Shown here piece by piece: positions 30,224 through 39,731 of a stretch of 64,000 bases of DNA. Within the stretch, counting starts at the first letter, position 1; each line of letters opens with the position of its first letter. Origin of the DNA: Candidatus Omnitrophota bacterium (GTDB taxonomy: Bacteria > Omnitrophota > Gorgyraeia > VGKH01). The position numbers were made by a program, and so were the translations under genes. The stretch is taken from contig JAKLEP010000002.1 in assembly GCA_022703055.1 (NCBI GenBank), positions 96,480 to 160,479 of the forward strand. The letters run 5' to 3'. The notes beneath the pieces were generated by a model. It was not told the DNA's origin and searched no databases. It saw only the letters and a list, made by a program, of their open reading frames with translations.

Positions 30224-31474
30224 ATGCATAGCAAAAACCTACCCAATATATCCAACGAGTCTAAGATTCTGTTGCTTTGTTCCCAACTCGATATTTGCGA
30301 TGAGGACAAAGAAATACTTCTCAATATTCTAAAAAAAGATATAAACTGGCAAGCGGTACTAAAATATGCCAATTTCCATCGCGTCACATGCTTATTATAT
30401 AAAAACCTATCTAAGATTGATTTCAATGGCAAAGAGATAATCAATGCCTGGCAAGGATACTATGAATATTTTCTGTCGCTTAACCAAGAGGCACAAAACA
30501 AACTTTCTCTTATATTAAATGAGCTAAAACAAAAAAATATAAAGATAATTATCCGCAAAGGATTAGAATTAATAAAATTGGTATATAAAGATATGGGCCT
30601 GAGACCTACTGGAGATGTCGATGTGCTTGTCAGACCGCAAGACTGGGGAGAAATCAGCGATACGTTAAAAAATGCTGGACTTACTTCGGATGTCGACCTG
30701 CTAAAGATACACAACCTTTCCGCTGGCCGTTTGTATTACCATATTCTTTACTATGATAAAATTCCTGAAAAAAGTTCATTTCTTGCGCATAACCCTTATT
30801 GTCTAGGATACATTAAATATTTTAGATTGGAGCCAAGGCTAAAGCTTTATCATTTTGATTTTTATAAACCTTCTATTGACGAAATCTGGAAAGATGCGAT
30901 TATTTTCTCCAGCGACGGGATGGACGCCTTAATGTTGTCCCATGAAGACATGATTATGGACCTCTGTTTTAACTTAAGTAAATATAATTTTTTCAGATTA
31001 TTGTGTGTATGCGATATCAATGAGTTTATCTTAAAGCACAAAAATGACATCAACTGGGATCTGCTTGTTGCGAAGTCAAACAAAAGATATCTAAATCCTA
31101 TAACTTATTCGGGATTAATGTGTGCAAAAAGGTTATTCGACACGCCCATACCAACTGATTTAATAAAAAATCTAAAACCAACTAAACGTACTACATTCCT
31201 GCTTAAAAAACTCAATCCTGAGATGGATTATACACAACAAGCTTCGGAGCATTGTTTGTCATACATTCCAAACGAAATAAGGTTTTTACTAATAACCTAC
31301 CGATTAGCTGATATGAATATGCTAATTAAGATATTGGTATTCTTTTTAAAATCGACTTTTCCCAGCCCCAAATTTTTATCTTACCGGTACAATATAACAA
31401 TGTCGCCACAAAAAATCATATCTTGTTATCTAAAACGGATAAAGAAAACTCTCGTTAAATTCATACGTAAATGA
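30224..31474 (+). CDS. Uncharacterised nucleotidyltransferase-family protein (NTP_transf_5-like)
   Basis: 416 aa. The GDVDVLV motif after a Gly-rich turn (RPTGDVDVLVRPQDW) is typical of minimal nucleotidyltransferase-fold proteins. Confidence 0.5.
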   Translation: MHSKNLPNISNESKILLLCSQLDICDEDKEILLNILKKDINWQAVLKYANFHRVTCLLYKNLSKIDFNGKEIINAWQGYYEYFLSLNQEAQNKLSLILNELKQKNIKIIIRKGLELIKLVYKDMGLRPTGDVDVLVRPQDWGEISDTLKNAGLTSDVDLLKIHNLSAGRLYYHILYYDKIPEKSSFLAHNPYCLGYIKYFRLEPRLKLYHFDFYKPSIDEIWKDAIIFSSDGMDALMLSHEDMIMDLCFNLSKYNFFRLLCVCDINEFILKHKNDINWDLLVAKSNKRYLNPITYSGLMCAKRLFDTPIPTDLIKNLKPTKRTTFLLKKLNPEMDYTQQASEHCLSYIPNEIRFLLITYRLADMNMLIKILVFFLKSTFPSPKFLSYRYNITMSPQKIISCYLKRIKKTLVKFIRK

Positions 31475-31483
31475 AAAACTAGC

Positions 31484-33451
31484 TCATTCATACCGCAGAG
31501 CTTCGATGGGGTCAAGCTTGGAAGCCTGCCTCGCCGGCCAAAGTCCAAAGACAATTCCTACAAACAAGGAAAAAGTTACCGCAAGGACTACGGAAGTTAA
31601 AGATACCTTAACTGCCCATCCCGCAAACAAAGATATCATAACCGATATTCCTGTTCCCAATAAGATACCAACGACGCCACCGATAAGAGTCATCAATATC
31701 GCCTCGATAAGAAATTGAATCATAATATCGGTATTATTTGCTCCTATTGCTTTGCGCAGACCAATCTCGCGCGTGCGTTCCGTGACCGAAACGAGCATGA
31801 TATTCATAATGCCAATGCCTCCCACCAAAAGAGAAATCGCGGCTATCGCACCTAGCAACAGCGACATGGTTTTGGTTGTGGACTCAAGCGTATTCTTCAT
31901 GTCTGTCATATTGCGAATCTGAAACGAATCCTCATCATTCTTACTAAGATGATGTTGTTTTATAATAGTATTAGATATATCTTCTTGTGCCTGATCAATC
32001 AAATTTGGACTCGCTACTTCCACATAAATAGTATCGATATATTCCTTACCCAATACTCTGTACATCGCAGTAGTAACTGGGATAATTACAGTATCATCTT
32101 GGTCATGAAAACCAGCGGCTCCTTTTGCCGGAAGTACTCCGATAACTTTAAAGTTAACTAGGTTTATTTTGATGGTTTCGCCCACTGGATTGGCATCTCC
32201 AAAAAGTTCGCGGGCGACTGTAGGACCAAGAAGGGCAACTTTTTCCCTCATTTTAACTTCATAATCGGTAAAAAATCTTCCTATTGGCGGGACAGAAGCG
32301 CGCATTTCCGCGTAATCAATATCAACTCCCTCCAATTGCGTATTCCAATTCTTGTTTCCGTAAACAATTTGGCCACGGCCAGATACTGAAGCACTAATCC
32401 TTTTGACTTCGCCGCTAAGTTTCTTAATAGCATCTATATCCTGGAAAGTAAACCGCGTAACCGAACCAGTTTCTAATGCCACTCCGTGAGACCTAGTAGA
32501 ACCGGGCCGCACAATCAAAAGATTTGAACCCAAAGAAGCTAATTGTTTTTCAATAGATTCTTTTGCGCCCTGGCCAATGGCAAGCATGGCTATAACTGCA
32601 GCTACTCCGATTAAAATACCCAAAATAGACAATGTCGATCTGACTTTATGCGAAATCATAGCGGCTCCGGCCTGGCGAAGATAATCAAAGAATTCTGTCT
32701 TTCTTGCCTTCCTTTCCGATTTAGATAAAACCATATCTATGATCTGATCTGTTTGGTTATCCCGAGAAACCTTCTGTTCGGCAGAAATTATTTCATCAGA
32801 GACAATCTTTCCGTCGCGCATAGTTATGATACGCCTGGCGTGGCTCGCTACTTCTCTTTCGTGAGTAACAACGATGATGGTTTTGCCTTTTTGATTTAAT
32901 TTCTTTAGGATGGAGATTATTTCTTCCTTGCTTTTAGAATCAAGGTTGCCTGTCGGCTCATCAGCCATGATAATCAAAGGATCATTAACCAAAGAGCGGG
33001 CTATGGCCACGCGTTGCTGTTGTCCACCTGAAAGCTCGTTGGGGCGATGATTAATCCTTTCAGCTAGCCCTACTTCCTGGATCTCTTCCTTCGCTTTTTC
33101 TTTGAGATGTCGTTTTCCAGCGTAAATCAAAGGCAAAGCCGCATTTTCCAGTGCCGTCATCCTGGGAAGAAGATGAAACTGCTGAAAAACAAAACCCACA
33201 AGGCGATTTCTTACCGCGGATAATTCCTCGTCGGAAAGTATGCTAATCTTTCTTTCCCCCAAGAAATAATCTCCCGAATCAGGCCGATCAAGCAGGCCTA
33301 AAACATGCATAAGCGTGGATTTACCCGAGCCTGAAGGCCCCATAATCGCGACAAATTCTCCGGGAGATACTTTTAGAGAAACGTTCTGCAAGGCTTTCAC
33401 CTCAACCTTGCCCATACGATACGTTTTAGATATGTTTTTTAGTTCGATCAT
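31484..33451 (-). CDS. macB: MacB-type ABC transporter (fused ATPase + FtsX permease)
   Basis: 655 aa. Walker [10 protein letters not shown], signature LSGGQQQRV and Walker B IIMADEPT, then a periplasmic domain and a 4-TM FtsX-like C-terminus. Confidence 0.92.
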   Translation of the reverse strand: MIELKNISKTYRMGKVEVKALQNVSLKVSPGEFVAIMGPSGSGKSTLMHVLGLLDRPDSGDYFLGERKISILSDEELSAVRNRLVGFVFQQFHLLPRMTALENAALPLIYAGKRHLKEKAKEEIQEVGLAERINHRPNELSGGQQQRVAIARSLVNDPLIIMADEPTGNLDSKSKEEIISILKKLNQKGKTIIVVTHEREVASHARRIITMRDGKIVSDEIISAEQKVSRDNQTDQIIDMVLSKSERKARKTEFFDYLRQAGAAMISHKVRSTLSILGILIGVAAVIAMLAIGQGAKESIEKQLASLGSNLLIVRPGSTRSHGVALETGSVTRFTFQDIDAIKKLSGEVKRISASVSGRGQIVYGNKNWNTQLEGVDIDYAEMRASVPPIGRFFTDYEVKMREKVALLGPTVARELFGDANPVGETIKINLVNFKVIGVLPAKGAAGFHDQDDTVIIPVTTAMYRVLGKEYIDTIYVEVASPNLIDQAQEDISNTIIKQHHLSKNDEDSFQIRNMTDMKNTLESTTKTMSLLLGAIAAISLLVGGIGIMNIMLVSVTERTREIGLRKAIGANNTDIMIQFLIEAILMTLIGGVVGILLGTGISVMISLFAGWAVKVSLTSVVLAVTFSLFVGIVFGLWPARQASKLDPIEALRYE

Positions 33452-33456
33452 AATAA

Positions 33457-34410
33457 TTAATGGCGCCTAGGCATAAACGGATTGCTACCTACATTATTCG
33501 TAGGTAGACTGTATTTTTTCGTCTTGAGAATTATCCTGTCATTCTCGGTGATCCCGGAAAGCACTTCCACATTCTTATCATTAGATATGCCCAGCTCGAC
33601 TTTTGTTTTTAACGGTTCTTTGCCGCTGTCTTGTTTGACTAAAACATAATCTTGGTTATTTTCTTTAAAGGTTGATTCTTGAGGAATTAATAAAGCGTTT
33701 GGTTTCCCCTGTTCTATAAAATCTACTGAGGCATTCATTCCGGAACGGAAGAATTCTGGGACCTCTTTAGGCTTGAGGTCAACTTTATAGATAGTGACGT
33801 TATTCACGGTCTCCGATTCATAATAAATATGTTCTACAGCAGCCTCTATTTTTGTATCTGGATAAGCATCGAGAGTAATGTTGGCTTTCATATCAGGCTT
33901 AATCTTCCCGATATCTGTTTCATCGACCTGCGCCCTAACAATCAAATGGTCTGATAATACCACAACCGCATCGCTAGTGGTTATTGTCTGGCCGGGCTGG
34001 GTAGTCGCTACAATCACCTCTCCGTCAATCGGAGCAGGCAAAGGTATTGGTTTATAAGTCTCTTGCCAATATTTTACAGTATCCTCCCCTTTACCTCTGG
34101 CAGCGTCTATCAAAGCTGCTCTCTCGGTAGAACTCATCCATGCCAGAATTTGCCCTGCTTTGACCTTATCTCCTTCCTGAACCAAAACGCTCTCAATTCT
34201 CCCATTTACTGGCGGTTTTATCTCTAGTCTGTTTTTGGGAAGGACTGTACCAGTGCAAGAAATCACAGTATTAATCGAACCGACAAACGGTTTAATTTCT
34301 TTAACTGTATCTCCATTAGATTCTTTTTTTCTAAACTGCGATGCAACAAACAAAGCCACAACCAAAATAACGATTACTACCGCGATTAATTTCCATTTAT
34401 TTTTGCGCAT
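33457..34410 (-). CDS. macA: Efflux periplasmic adaptor (MacA/HlyD family)
   Basis: 317 aa. N-terminal anchor and lipoyl/beta-barrel patterns (GRIESVLVQEGDKVKAGQILA). Sits between the TolC-like and MacB genes. Confidence 0.85.
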   Translation of the reverse strand: MRKNKWKLIAVVIVILVVALFVASQFRKKESNGDTVKEIKPFVGSINTVISCTGTVLPKNRLEIKPPVNGRIESVLVQEGDKVKAGQILAWMSSTERAALIDAARGKGEDTVKYWQETYKPIPLPAPIDGEVIVATTQPGQTITTSDAVVVLSDHLIVRAQVDETDIGKIKPDMKANITLDAYPDTKIEAAVEHIYYESETVNNVTIYKVDLKPKEVPEFFRSGMNASVDFIEQGKPNALLIPQESTFKENNQDYVLVKQDSGKEPLKTKVELGISNDKNVEVLSGITENDRIILKTKKYSLPTNNVGSNPFMPRRH

Positions 34411-35713
34411 ATTCTAACGTATCTCCTTTCGCCCCTAGCCAATTGGCTTCAGCCTGCAATGCATTTACTTGGGCATTAAGAAAAGATTTCTTCGCACTAA
34501 CCAGATTATCTTCTATAATCGTCCAGTTATCGAATTGGATTAATCCTAAAGAATATTGAGCTTCGGCAATATTAGCGCGCTCTTGCGCGGCCTGGAGGAA
34601 TTTTTGCTGAACTCCTACCGAATCTACCGCATCTTGAAGATCTGCCCACATTTGCTCAAGCGCTACGACAAGAGCATCTTTAGTGCTTCTTTCATTTGCT
34701 ACTGCCTGATTAAAAACAGCTTTAGCCTGATCCACCTGTGCCAATCTTAATCCGCCTTCAAATATAGGAACTGATACACTAAGCCCGGCATTCCACTGAT
34801 CATCTTCCGGTGGCCATCGCGAACTGCTTTTGTTGGCTCCTGCCTGCGCAGAAAGGCTGGGATAGAAATTTGCCTCAGCAGACTTGATACTAAAGGAAGC
34901 CGAATTTCTCTGGGCAATAAGCTTCCCTAAGGATGGGTGATTATTGACCAGCGCCTCGAAATCAGGCTTATCCAAAGCAGAATCTTGCACATTAAAATCC
35001 CTTGTTACGCTAATAGGCTCAAATTTAGTCCTGCCCATTTCCTTGGTAAGTTCTCTTTGCGCCACTTCAAGCGAACGATTCGCCTGGGAAATCTCGTATT
35101 GAGACTGGGCTAAATTGGCTTCGGCATTAAGAAGTGCACCCTTGTGTTCCAGGCCAGATTCGTAACGCAAAGTAATCAACATAAGATTATTTCTTCTTAT
35201 ATCATATATCTCTTTAGTAATTTTTAATAACTCCTGGGCCTTCAATAGATTTATGAATGCAGTGCGTAGGTTTAACCTTACTTCGCTTGAGGTAAACTTA
35301 TAAGAAAATTGTGCGGCTTTAATATTCTCTGAGGCGGCGTTTATATTATTTGATGTTTTAAACCCATCAAACAAAAGCTGGCTTCCTGATACGCCGTATT
35401 TGTAGGAATCCGTGGCCTTGCCTGCAGTCTCAGTGGTTGAGCCGCTGGCGCTGGCGTCTATCTGGGGAAAAATTGTACTGGTGGTGATTTTTTTACTGGC
35501 TTCTGATTGTTTTATACTTTCTTGCGCGGAAATCAAATCGGGATGGTTTTTCGCAGCCTCTTTAACACAGTCCTGCCAAGTAAGCATTTCTTCAGCGATT
35601 GACAAGACTGTCAGGTTCGCGCATACAGAAAATACAAAAAAAGCCACTAAAAACCGTTTCATTTCTACGCGCATCTTTTTATCTTTCCTACTTATTTTGA
35701 CTATAGCCAACAC
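34397..35713 (-). CDS. tolC: TolC-family outer-membrane efflux protein
   Basis: 438 aa. Signal peptide plus duplicated coiled-coil/beta repeats typical of the OEP family. The true start is probably the internal MKRFLV. Confidence 0.85.
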   Translation of the reverse strand: MLAIVKISRKDKKMRVEMKRFLVAFFVFSVCANLTVLSIAEEMLTWQDCVKEAAKNHPDLISAQESIKQSEASKKITTSTIFPQIDASASGSTTETAGKATDSYKYGVSGSQLLFDGFKTSNNINAASENIKAAQFSYKFTSSEVRLNLRTAFINLLKAQELLKITKEIYDIRRNNLMLITLRYESGLEHKGALLNAEANLAQSQYEISQANRSLEVAQRELTKEMGRTKFEPISVTRDFNVQDSALDKPDFEALVNNHPSLGKLIAQRNSASFSIKSAEANFYPSLSAQAGANKSSSRWPPEDDQWNAGLSVSVPIFEGGLRLAQVDQAKAVFNQAVANERSTKDALVVALEQMWADLQDAVDSVGVQQKFLQAAQERANIAEAQYSLGLIQFDNWTIIEDNLVSAKKSFLNAQVNALQAEANWLGAKGDTLEYAQK

Positions 35714-35735
35714 TAAAAAGTTCCTTTTATTCCAA

Positions 35736-35981
35736 CTATTTACCTTGCCTATCCATCTCTTTCTTCAATACAGAAATACTCTGCTCAAAATGCTGCAAAA
35801 ATTGAGCGACATGGCTAGATGGAATAAGGCTTATTATTTCTTGCTTTCCCGGCGGACCTGACATAGCAATCAGGTTATCTCCTGGCTCTATTTTAAGTGC
35901 CTTTCTTGCCTTCATAGGGATAACAACCTGACCCCTCGTTCCCATTGTCACTGTACCGTATATTTCTGGTGAACCTTTCAT
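35736..35981 (-). CDS. AbrB/MazE/SpoVT-family DNA-binding protein
   Basis: 81 aa. Swapped-hairpin motif GTVTMGTRGQVVIPMKARKALKIEPGD. Confidence 0.85.
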   Translation of the reverse strand: MKGSPEIYGTVTMGTRGQVVIPMKARKALKIEPGDNLIAMSGPPGKQEIISLIPSSHVAQFLQHFEQSISVLKKEMDRQGK

Positions 35982-36101
35982 TTCTGCCTCCTTTTTGAAA
36001 TCTGTTTAAACAACTCTAGTATGAAAAGTATGATTTTACATATTATTCATACTACAAAATTTAATGCCGGTCAAGCATTTAATAATAATTCTTTTGCCAA
36101 A

Positions 36102-36138
36102 ATGAAGCCCTGGTTGCGATAAGCAACCAGGGCTTCAT
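36102..36138 (-). terminator. Hairpin terminator; probable original terminator of tRNA-Asn, now separated from it by the inserted element
   Basis: Perfect 16-bp stem ATGAAGCCCTGGTTGC/GCAACCAGGGCTTCAT with a 5-nt loop, followed on the minus strand by UUUGG. It lies 33 nt from the left att core. Confidence 0.5.
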
Positions 36139-36170
36139 GTCTCTCTAATTTACCAAAAAGAGAGAATAAC

Positions 36171-36179
36171 TGGCTCCCC
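36171..36179. repeat. Left att core (attL), TGGCTCCCC
   Basis: Identical to the last 9 nt of tRNA-Asn (complement GGGGAGCCA) at 54613-54621. It sits exactly where host-like AT-rich sequence changes to GC-richer sequence. Confidence 0.6.
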
Positions 36180-36602
36180 GAACAGTTCACAGGGAATTGG
36201 CTTTTATGGCACCACACGGCGATCCTGACCGAACAGGGCAAATGGAACCACAGGATCATATCCGTCATCCGGGACGGCCAGACGCCTGAAGACGCCCGCC
36301 GGATCCGCCCCAAACCGCCCAAGACCTACCGCAACCCCATCTTCGTGGCCAAAGAATACGCCCGAATGCTCGAATCAGGCGATGCCAAGAACGAATCTGA
36401 TCTTGCCCGCAAAGTCGGCATCTCCCGGGTCAGAATCTGGCAATATACAAGCCTTCTTAGCCTTAACACCCCACTGGTTAAAGCCATCGAAGCCTTGGGC
36501 GATCCCATGCCCAAACGCCTCGTCACCGAGCGCCAATTGCGGCAACTACTCAAAAATCCCAAAGAGCAGGAGAAGTTTGTTTCTACTCTATCGAACTATT
36601 AG
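36171..36602 (+). other. Detached 3' segment of the serine-recombinase gene (ParB/HTH-like C-terminal domain, 143 codons)
   Basis: Stop-free frame from the att core (W-L-P) to the TAG at 36600-36602. It encodes ...KEYARMLESGDAKNESDLARKVGISRVRIWQYTSLLSL... and has no RBS or ATG of its own at the 5' end. The frame is the same as the recombinase ORF across the right-hand core. Confidence 0.6.
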
Positions 36603-36628
36603 GAATTCCCGAATAGTTCAATTGGTTC

Positions 36629-38464
36629 TCAATGCCGGTTCAAATTACAAAATCTGTGCGTTAACCGTGCATTCGACAATGCGGTCTTACCACCCTCGGA
36701 ATATCGCTCAATATGGTCAACGTGAGCGTCCTCTATATAAGCGATTTTATTTTTGCATAAAGCACACGTACTGTCCTGATCAAATAACCGCTTTTTCTCT
36801 TCGAAAGTAAACAGACGTCGGTCATCCTTTGGCATTCCCATGACTTCCCGTAATTTTCCAACCCACATTTCCATTCTCAACTTAACTTGCGGTGTCCCGT
36901 AAGTGCCTATTTCAATAGTCTCAATGAATTTTTTATTCGAGGTCACAAGCTCAAGAAACGCTTCTTTTATCGCTTGAGCCCGGAGAATAACATCCCGCTT
37001 GCTGTATTCCATAAAACCACACATATGAATATCAAAAATGCCCTGATTAAGGCTCTTATCAATATAACCGCTCGGCATTTCATCATTGCCCGGAAATACT
37101 CTCTTGTAAGCGACATTCCCGAAAACCGTCTGGCATATCTCAACACATTTTTTGAAAAGCTCTCGTTTTTCGTTTGCCTCGGCTTCCGGGATATCTTGCT
37201 TCTGTAACATATAATCATTGAGGAATTTTTTAAGAGGTGATTTATAATTCCGCTCACCCTTATCACAAAAAGCAAAGAAACGAAGTATCCTTTCAATGTC
37301 GAGCATTCGGGAATGTGTGTTTTTAAGCCCCTGCAAACGTAAGAAGTCTTTGTTTTCTGCCAGTTCTTTTAATAGCTCATTGAAACTGCCTCTATAAATG
37401 CAGTTCCTTAGCTCTTGGTCGTTCAGCTTTACTGACCCACGGTTAAGCCGTTCAAATATCTCAAATTTAATATCCGAGTGTGACTCCTTCAAAATCTTTA
37501 CCACTCTTAAAGGTCGATCGCAGAAACCATCCTGTAAATCTCCGAGCCTGTCCGCTATCTCTTTAACAACAGGATCATTTTTATTCGAGAGATCTTTAAA
37601 TTTATAACCGTTAAGTTCTTTCAGAATAGTTAAACCTTTCAATTTGAATTGATTATTCTTGAAGGCGTGAAAGGTTAAAAGTCTCTGTTGCCCATCAATG
37701 ACCAACTCTTTCCCAGTCTGCTCATCCTCTGCGGTATAAATAATCGGGATAGGTACATTTAAAATAACAGATTCAATCAACCGGCTCTTAATAATAGGTT
37801 GTTTTTCCCATACATACTTACGCTGAAAGAACGATCTGACTTCTAACTTGCCCTTGTCAATCTTATCAACGAGGGAATTGATTGTCGGCTCTGACGGCTG
37901 AGTGATAATTTTACGCTCAGAGAGAGGAATTTCGTATTCCTGACCTTCTTCGTAATCGTCCTCGAAATCTTCCTTCTCATAGCTTCCTGAGATAAGAGCG
38001 TTATATTTTCTATCCGAAATCTGCTGGATTGTGTTCATGCCAAAGACCATTTGATCAAAGTCAATATAACGATCCTGCCATTTAACACGAATGAAATTCG
38101 GACAGATGAAATCTTCGCTTTGCCCGGAATAGCGATCTTTGCCCATATTGAGGTCATAAAACGCCTTGCCAGTGACCTCACCAATTCCGACAATAGTTTT
38201 TCTGCCTTTGCGGGCGACAATGACATCGCCTTCTTTAATCTCAGAATAGAATAGTTTGAGCGTGTTGAAAGAACGCTGGGCGTGTTTGTCCGGGTATTCT
38301 TTCTTTAATTTTTCCACCAATGCACTGTCGGAAAGCAGTGAAATATCGCCGACCTTTGACCACCCAATCGCAATAACGCTATTCTTCAAGTCATATGACC
38401 ATGACTCCTCAAAGCCTTCTTCGTTTTTAGATGAATATGGGGCAATGACCCAGTAACGTTTCAT
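36629..38464 (-). CDS. GmrSD-like type IV restriction-type protein: N-terminal beta-barrel reader-like domain + DUF262 (ParB-like NTPase) + C-terminal HNH
   Basis: DUF262 signature VIDGQQRLLTF and C-terminal HNH HVDHIERYSEGGKTALSNARLTHRFCNLNRH. I prefer the start at 38464 (MKRYWV), which is preceded by GGAGG. Confidence 0.85.
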   Translation of the reverse strand: MKRYWVIAPYSSKNEEGFEESWSYDLKNSVIAIGWSKVGDISLLSDSALVEKLKKEYPDKHAQRSFNTLKLFYSEIKEGDVIVARKGRKTIVGIGEVTGKAFYDLNMGKDRYSGQSEDFICPNFIRVKWQDRYIDFDQMVFGMNTIQQISDRKYNALISGSYEKEDFEDDYEEGQEYEIPLSERKIITQPSEPTINSLVDKIDKGKLEVRSFFQRKYVWEKQPIIKSRLIESVILNVPIPIIYTAEDEQTGKELVIDGQQRLLTFHAFKNNQFKLKGLTILKELNGYKFKDLSNKNDPVVKEIADRLGDLQDGFCDRPLRVVKILKESHSDIKFEIFERLNRGSVKLNDQELRNCIYRGSFNELLKELAENKDFLRLQGLKNTHSRMLDIERILRFFAFCDKGERNYKSPLKKFLNDYMLQKQDIPEAEANEKRELFKKCVEICQTVFGNVAYKRVFPGNDEMPSGYIDKSLNQGIFDIHMCGFMEYSKRDVILRAQAIKEAFLELVTSNKKFIETIEIGTYGTPQVKLRMEMWVGKLREVMGMPKDDRRLFTFEEKKRLFDQDSTCALCKNKIAYIEDAHVDHIERYSEGGKTALSNARLTHRFCNLNRH

Positions 38465-38495
38465 AAAAAAGCCTCCTGACAAAAATAGATGCATT

Positions 38496-39731
38496 TCATC
38501 GTTTTTTTAGAATGACGATGCTTTCCCGCGATGGTTTACGACCATACTCAGACATTTGCTGAGCACTGTTACCTCTATAACGAACTGCCAAGATTTTCTC
38601 GCACTTTAAGCCAAGTTTTGATCCGATTTCAGCTATCAATTCATCCACTACAACTGGAATGCCCCCGTATTGCGCATTGCCAACCACATAGGCTATCCGC
38701 GCGCCAGATCGGCACACTCTTTTTACTTCTCGTAATGACAAATGAATATCTATAAAATAACCCTTAATCATTCCGGGCATTCTTTCATCAACATTAGATT
38801 TCTCAAGTCGTTTTAAAGTTTGGGCCAACTGTTTTGGCTCTGAATAATCACTGTAATCGGGCCTTTTGGGATGCGACTCAGGATGTGATTCAAAACTTTG
38901 GTACCGGAGATTTCTTGTTTGCTCCCAATCCAGAAAACCAAACATCAATTCAACACCGAATACACGCGTATAATCATGGCGATTCGGATATGGAGGCGAC
39001 GTAATTATAGCTGAAAAAGTATTCTGGGCGTCTGGAAGAGAACGAGCATCGCTTATGCCAACTTTCCATGTAGCATTGGATTTACCATTGCCTGAAGACA
39101 ATAAATCCTTGATCATAGACTGCACTTGTTTTTCGTATTCATCAGGTAGAGATTTAACTGTCAATCTTCGGTCAATCCACTTCAACCAACCACCAGTAGC
39201 AACAGCGCGACTAAATTTAGGCATCGTCGATAATAAAGCCATCTTAAAGAAATATCGGTTTGACCGACTGAAATCCATTTTATTAATTCGGTTGTTGACA
39301 CTATCAAAAGCTCCGAGTAAATGCCCGGGCAATGCCTTTCGAATTAGCTCTGGATATTCACGCGATGCCCCATTCCATTTGGACGGATCAATGCTATTTC
39401 GTAATTCTTTCCAATTATCGGCTAATTCATCAGGACTATAGTGCCCCAACTTGACACGCGTCGCAAAGACAGCGAAAGGAGAAAGATCATACCCAGTGGC
39501 AGAAATTCCTTTTTCTTTAGCAGCTAATAACGTTGTTCCTGCACCACAAAAAGGGTCTAGGATCATATCCGCAGACGTTAGTGCCCATTCGTCAATAAGT
39601 CCATGGACGAGTTCACTTGTAAAGCTATGCGGAAAAACGCACCATCGATGGACAGGTTTGTCGCGTAAGTATCGTGGCGTTACCCACCATCTCCAATCTG
39701 CCCGACTTTCAATAACAAGATTTGTACTCAT
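38496..39731 (-). CDS. N6-adenine/N4-cytosine DNA methyltransferase, motif I before motif IV (alpha-like order)
   Basis: 411 aa. AdoMet motif ILDPFCGAGTTLLAA near residue 60 and catalytic IITSPPYPN near residue 243. Its start overlaps the HerA-like stop (ATGA). Confidence 0.85.
   Translation of the reverse strand: MSTNLVIESRADWRWWVTPRYLRDKPVHRWCVFPHSFTSELVHGLIDEWALTSADMILDPFCGAGTTLLAAKEKGISATGYDLSPFAVFATRVKLGHYSPDELADNWKELRNSIDPSKWNGASREYPELIRKALPGHLLGAFDSVNNRINKMDFSRSNRYFFKMALLSTMPKFSRAVATGGWLKWIDRRLTVKSLPDEYEKQVQSMIKDLLSSGNGKSNATWKVGISDARSLPDAQNTFSAIITSPPYPNRHDYTRVFGVELMFGFLDWEQTRNLRYQSFESHPESHPKRPDYSDYSEPKQLAQTLKRLEKSNVDERMPGMIKGYFIDIHLSLREVKRVCRSGARIAYVVGNAQYGGIPVVVDELIAEIGSKLGLKCEKILAVRYRGNSAQQMSEYGRKPSRESIVILKKR

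Noticed and set aside
30100-30444. 114-aa minus-strand ORF overlapping the start of the nucleotidyltransferase gene
   Set aside because: It overlaps a longer plus-strand ORF and the promoter region, has a hydrophobic low-complexity sequence and has no RBS.
36071-36810. ORFs 36071..36322(-), 36326..36562(-) and 36382..36810(+), and the ParB-like ORF 36345..36602 read as an independent partition gene
   Set aside because: The minus-strand and alternative-frame ORFs are shadow frames of a GC-richer coding segment and have no RBS. The 85-aa ParB-like ORF starts at an internal GTG. Its frame is open for 58 codons further upstream, right to the att core, and is continuous with the recombinase ORF. 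I therefore treat it as the detached 3' part of that gene.
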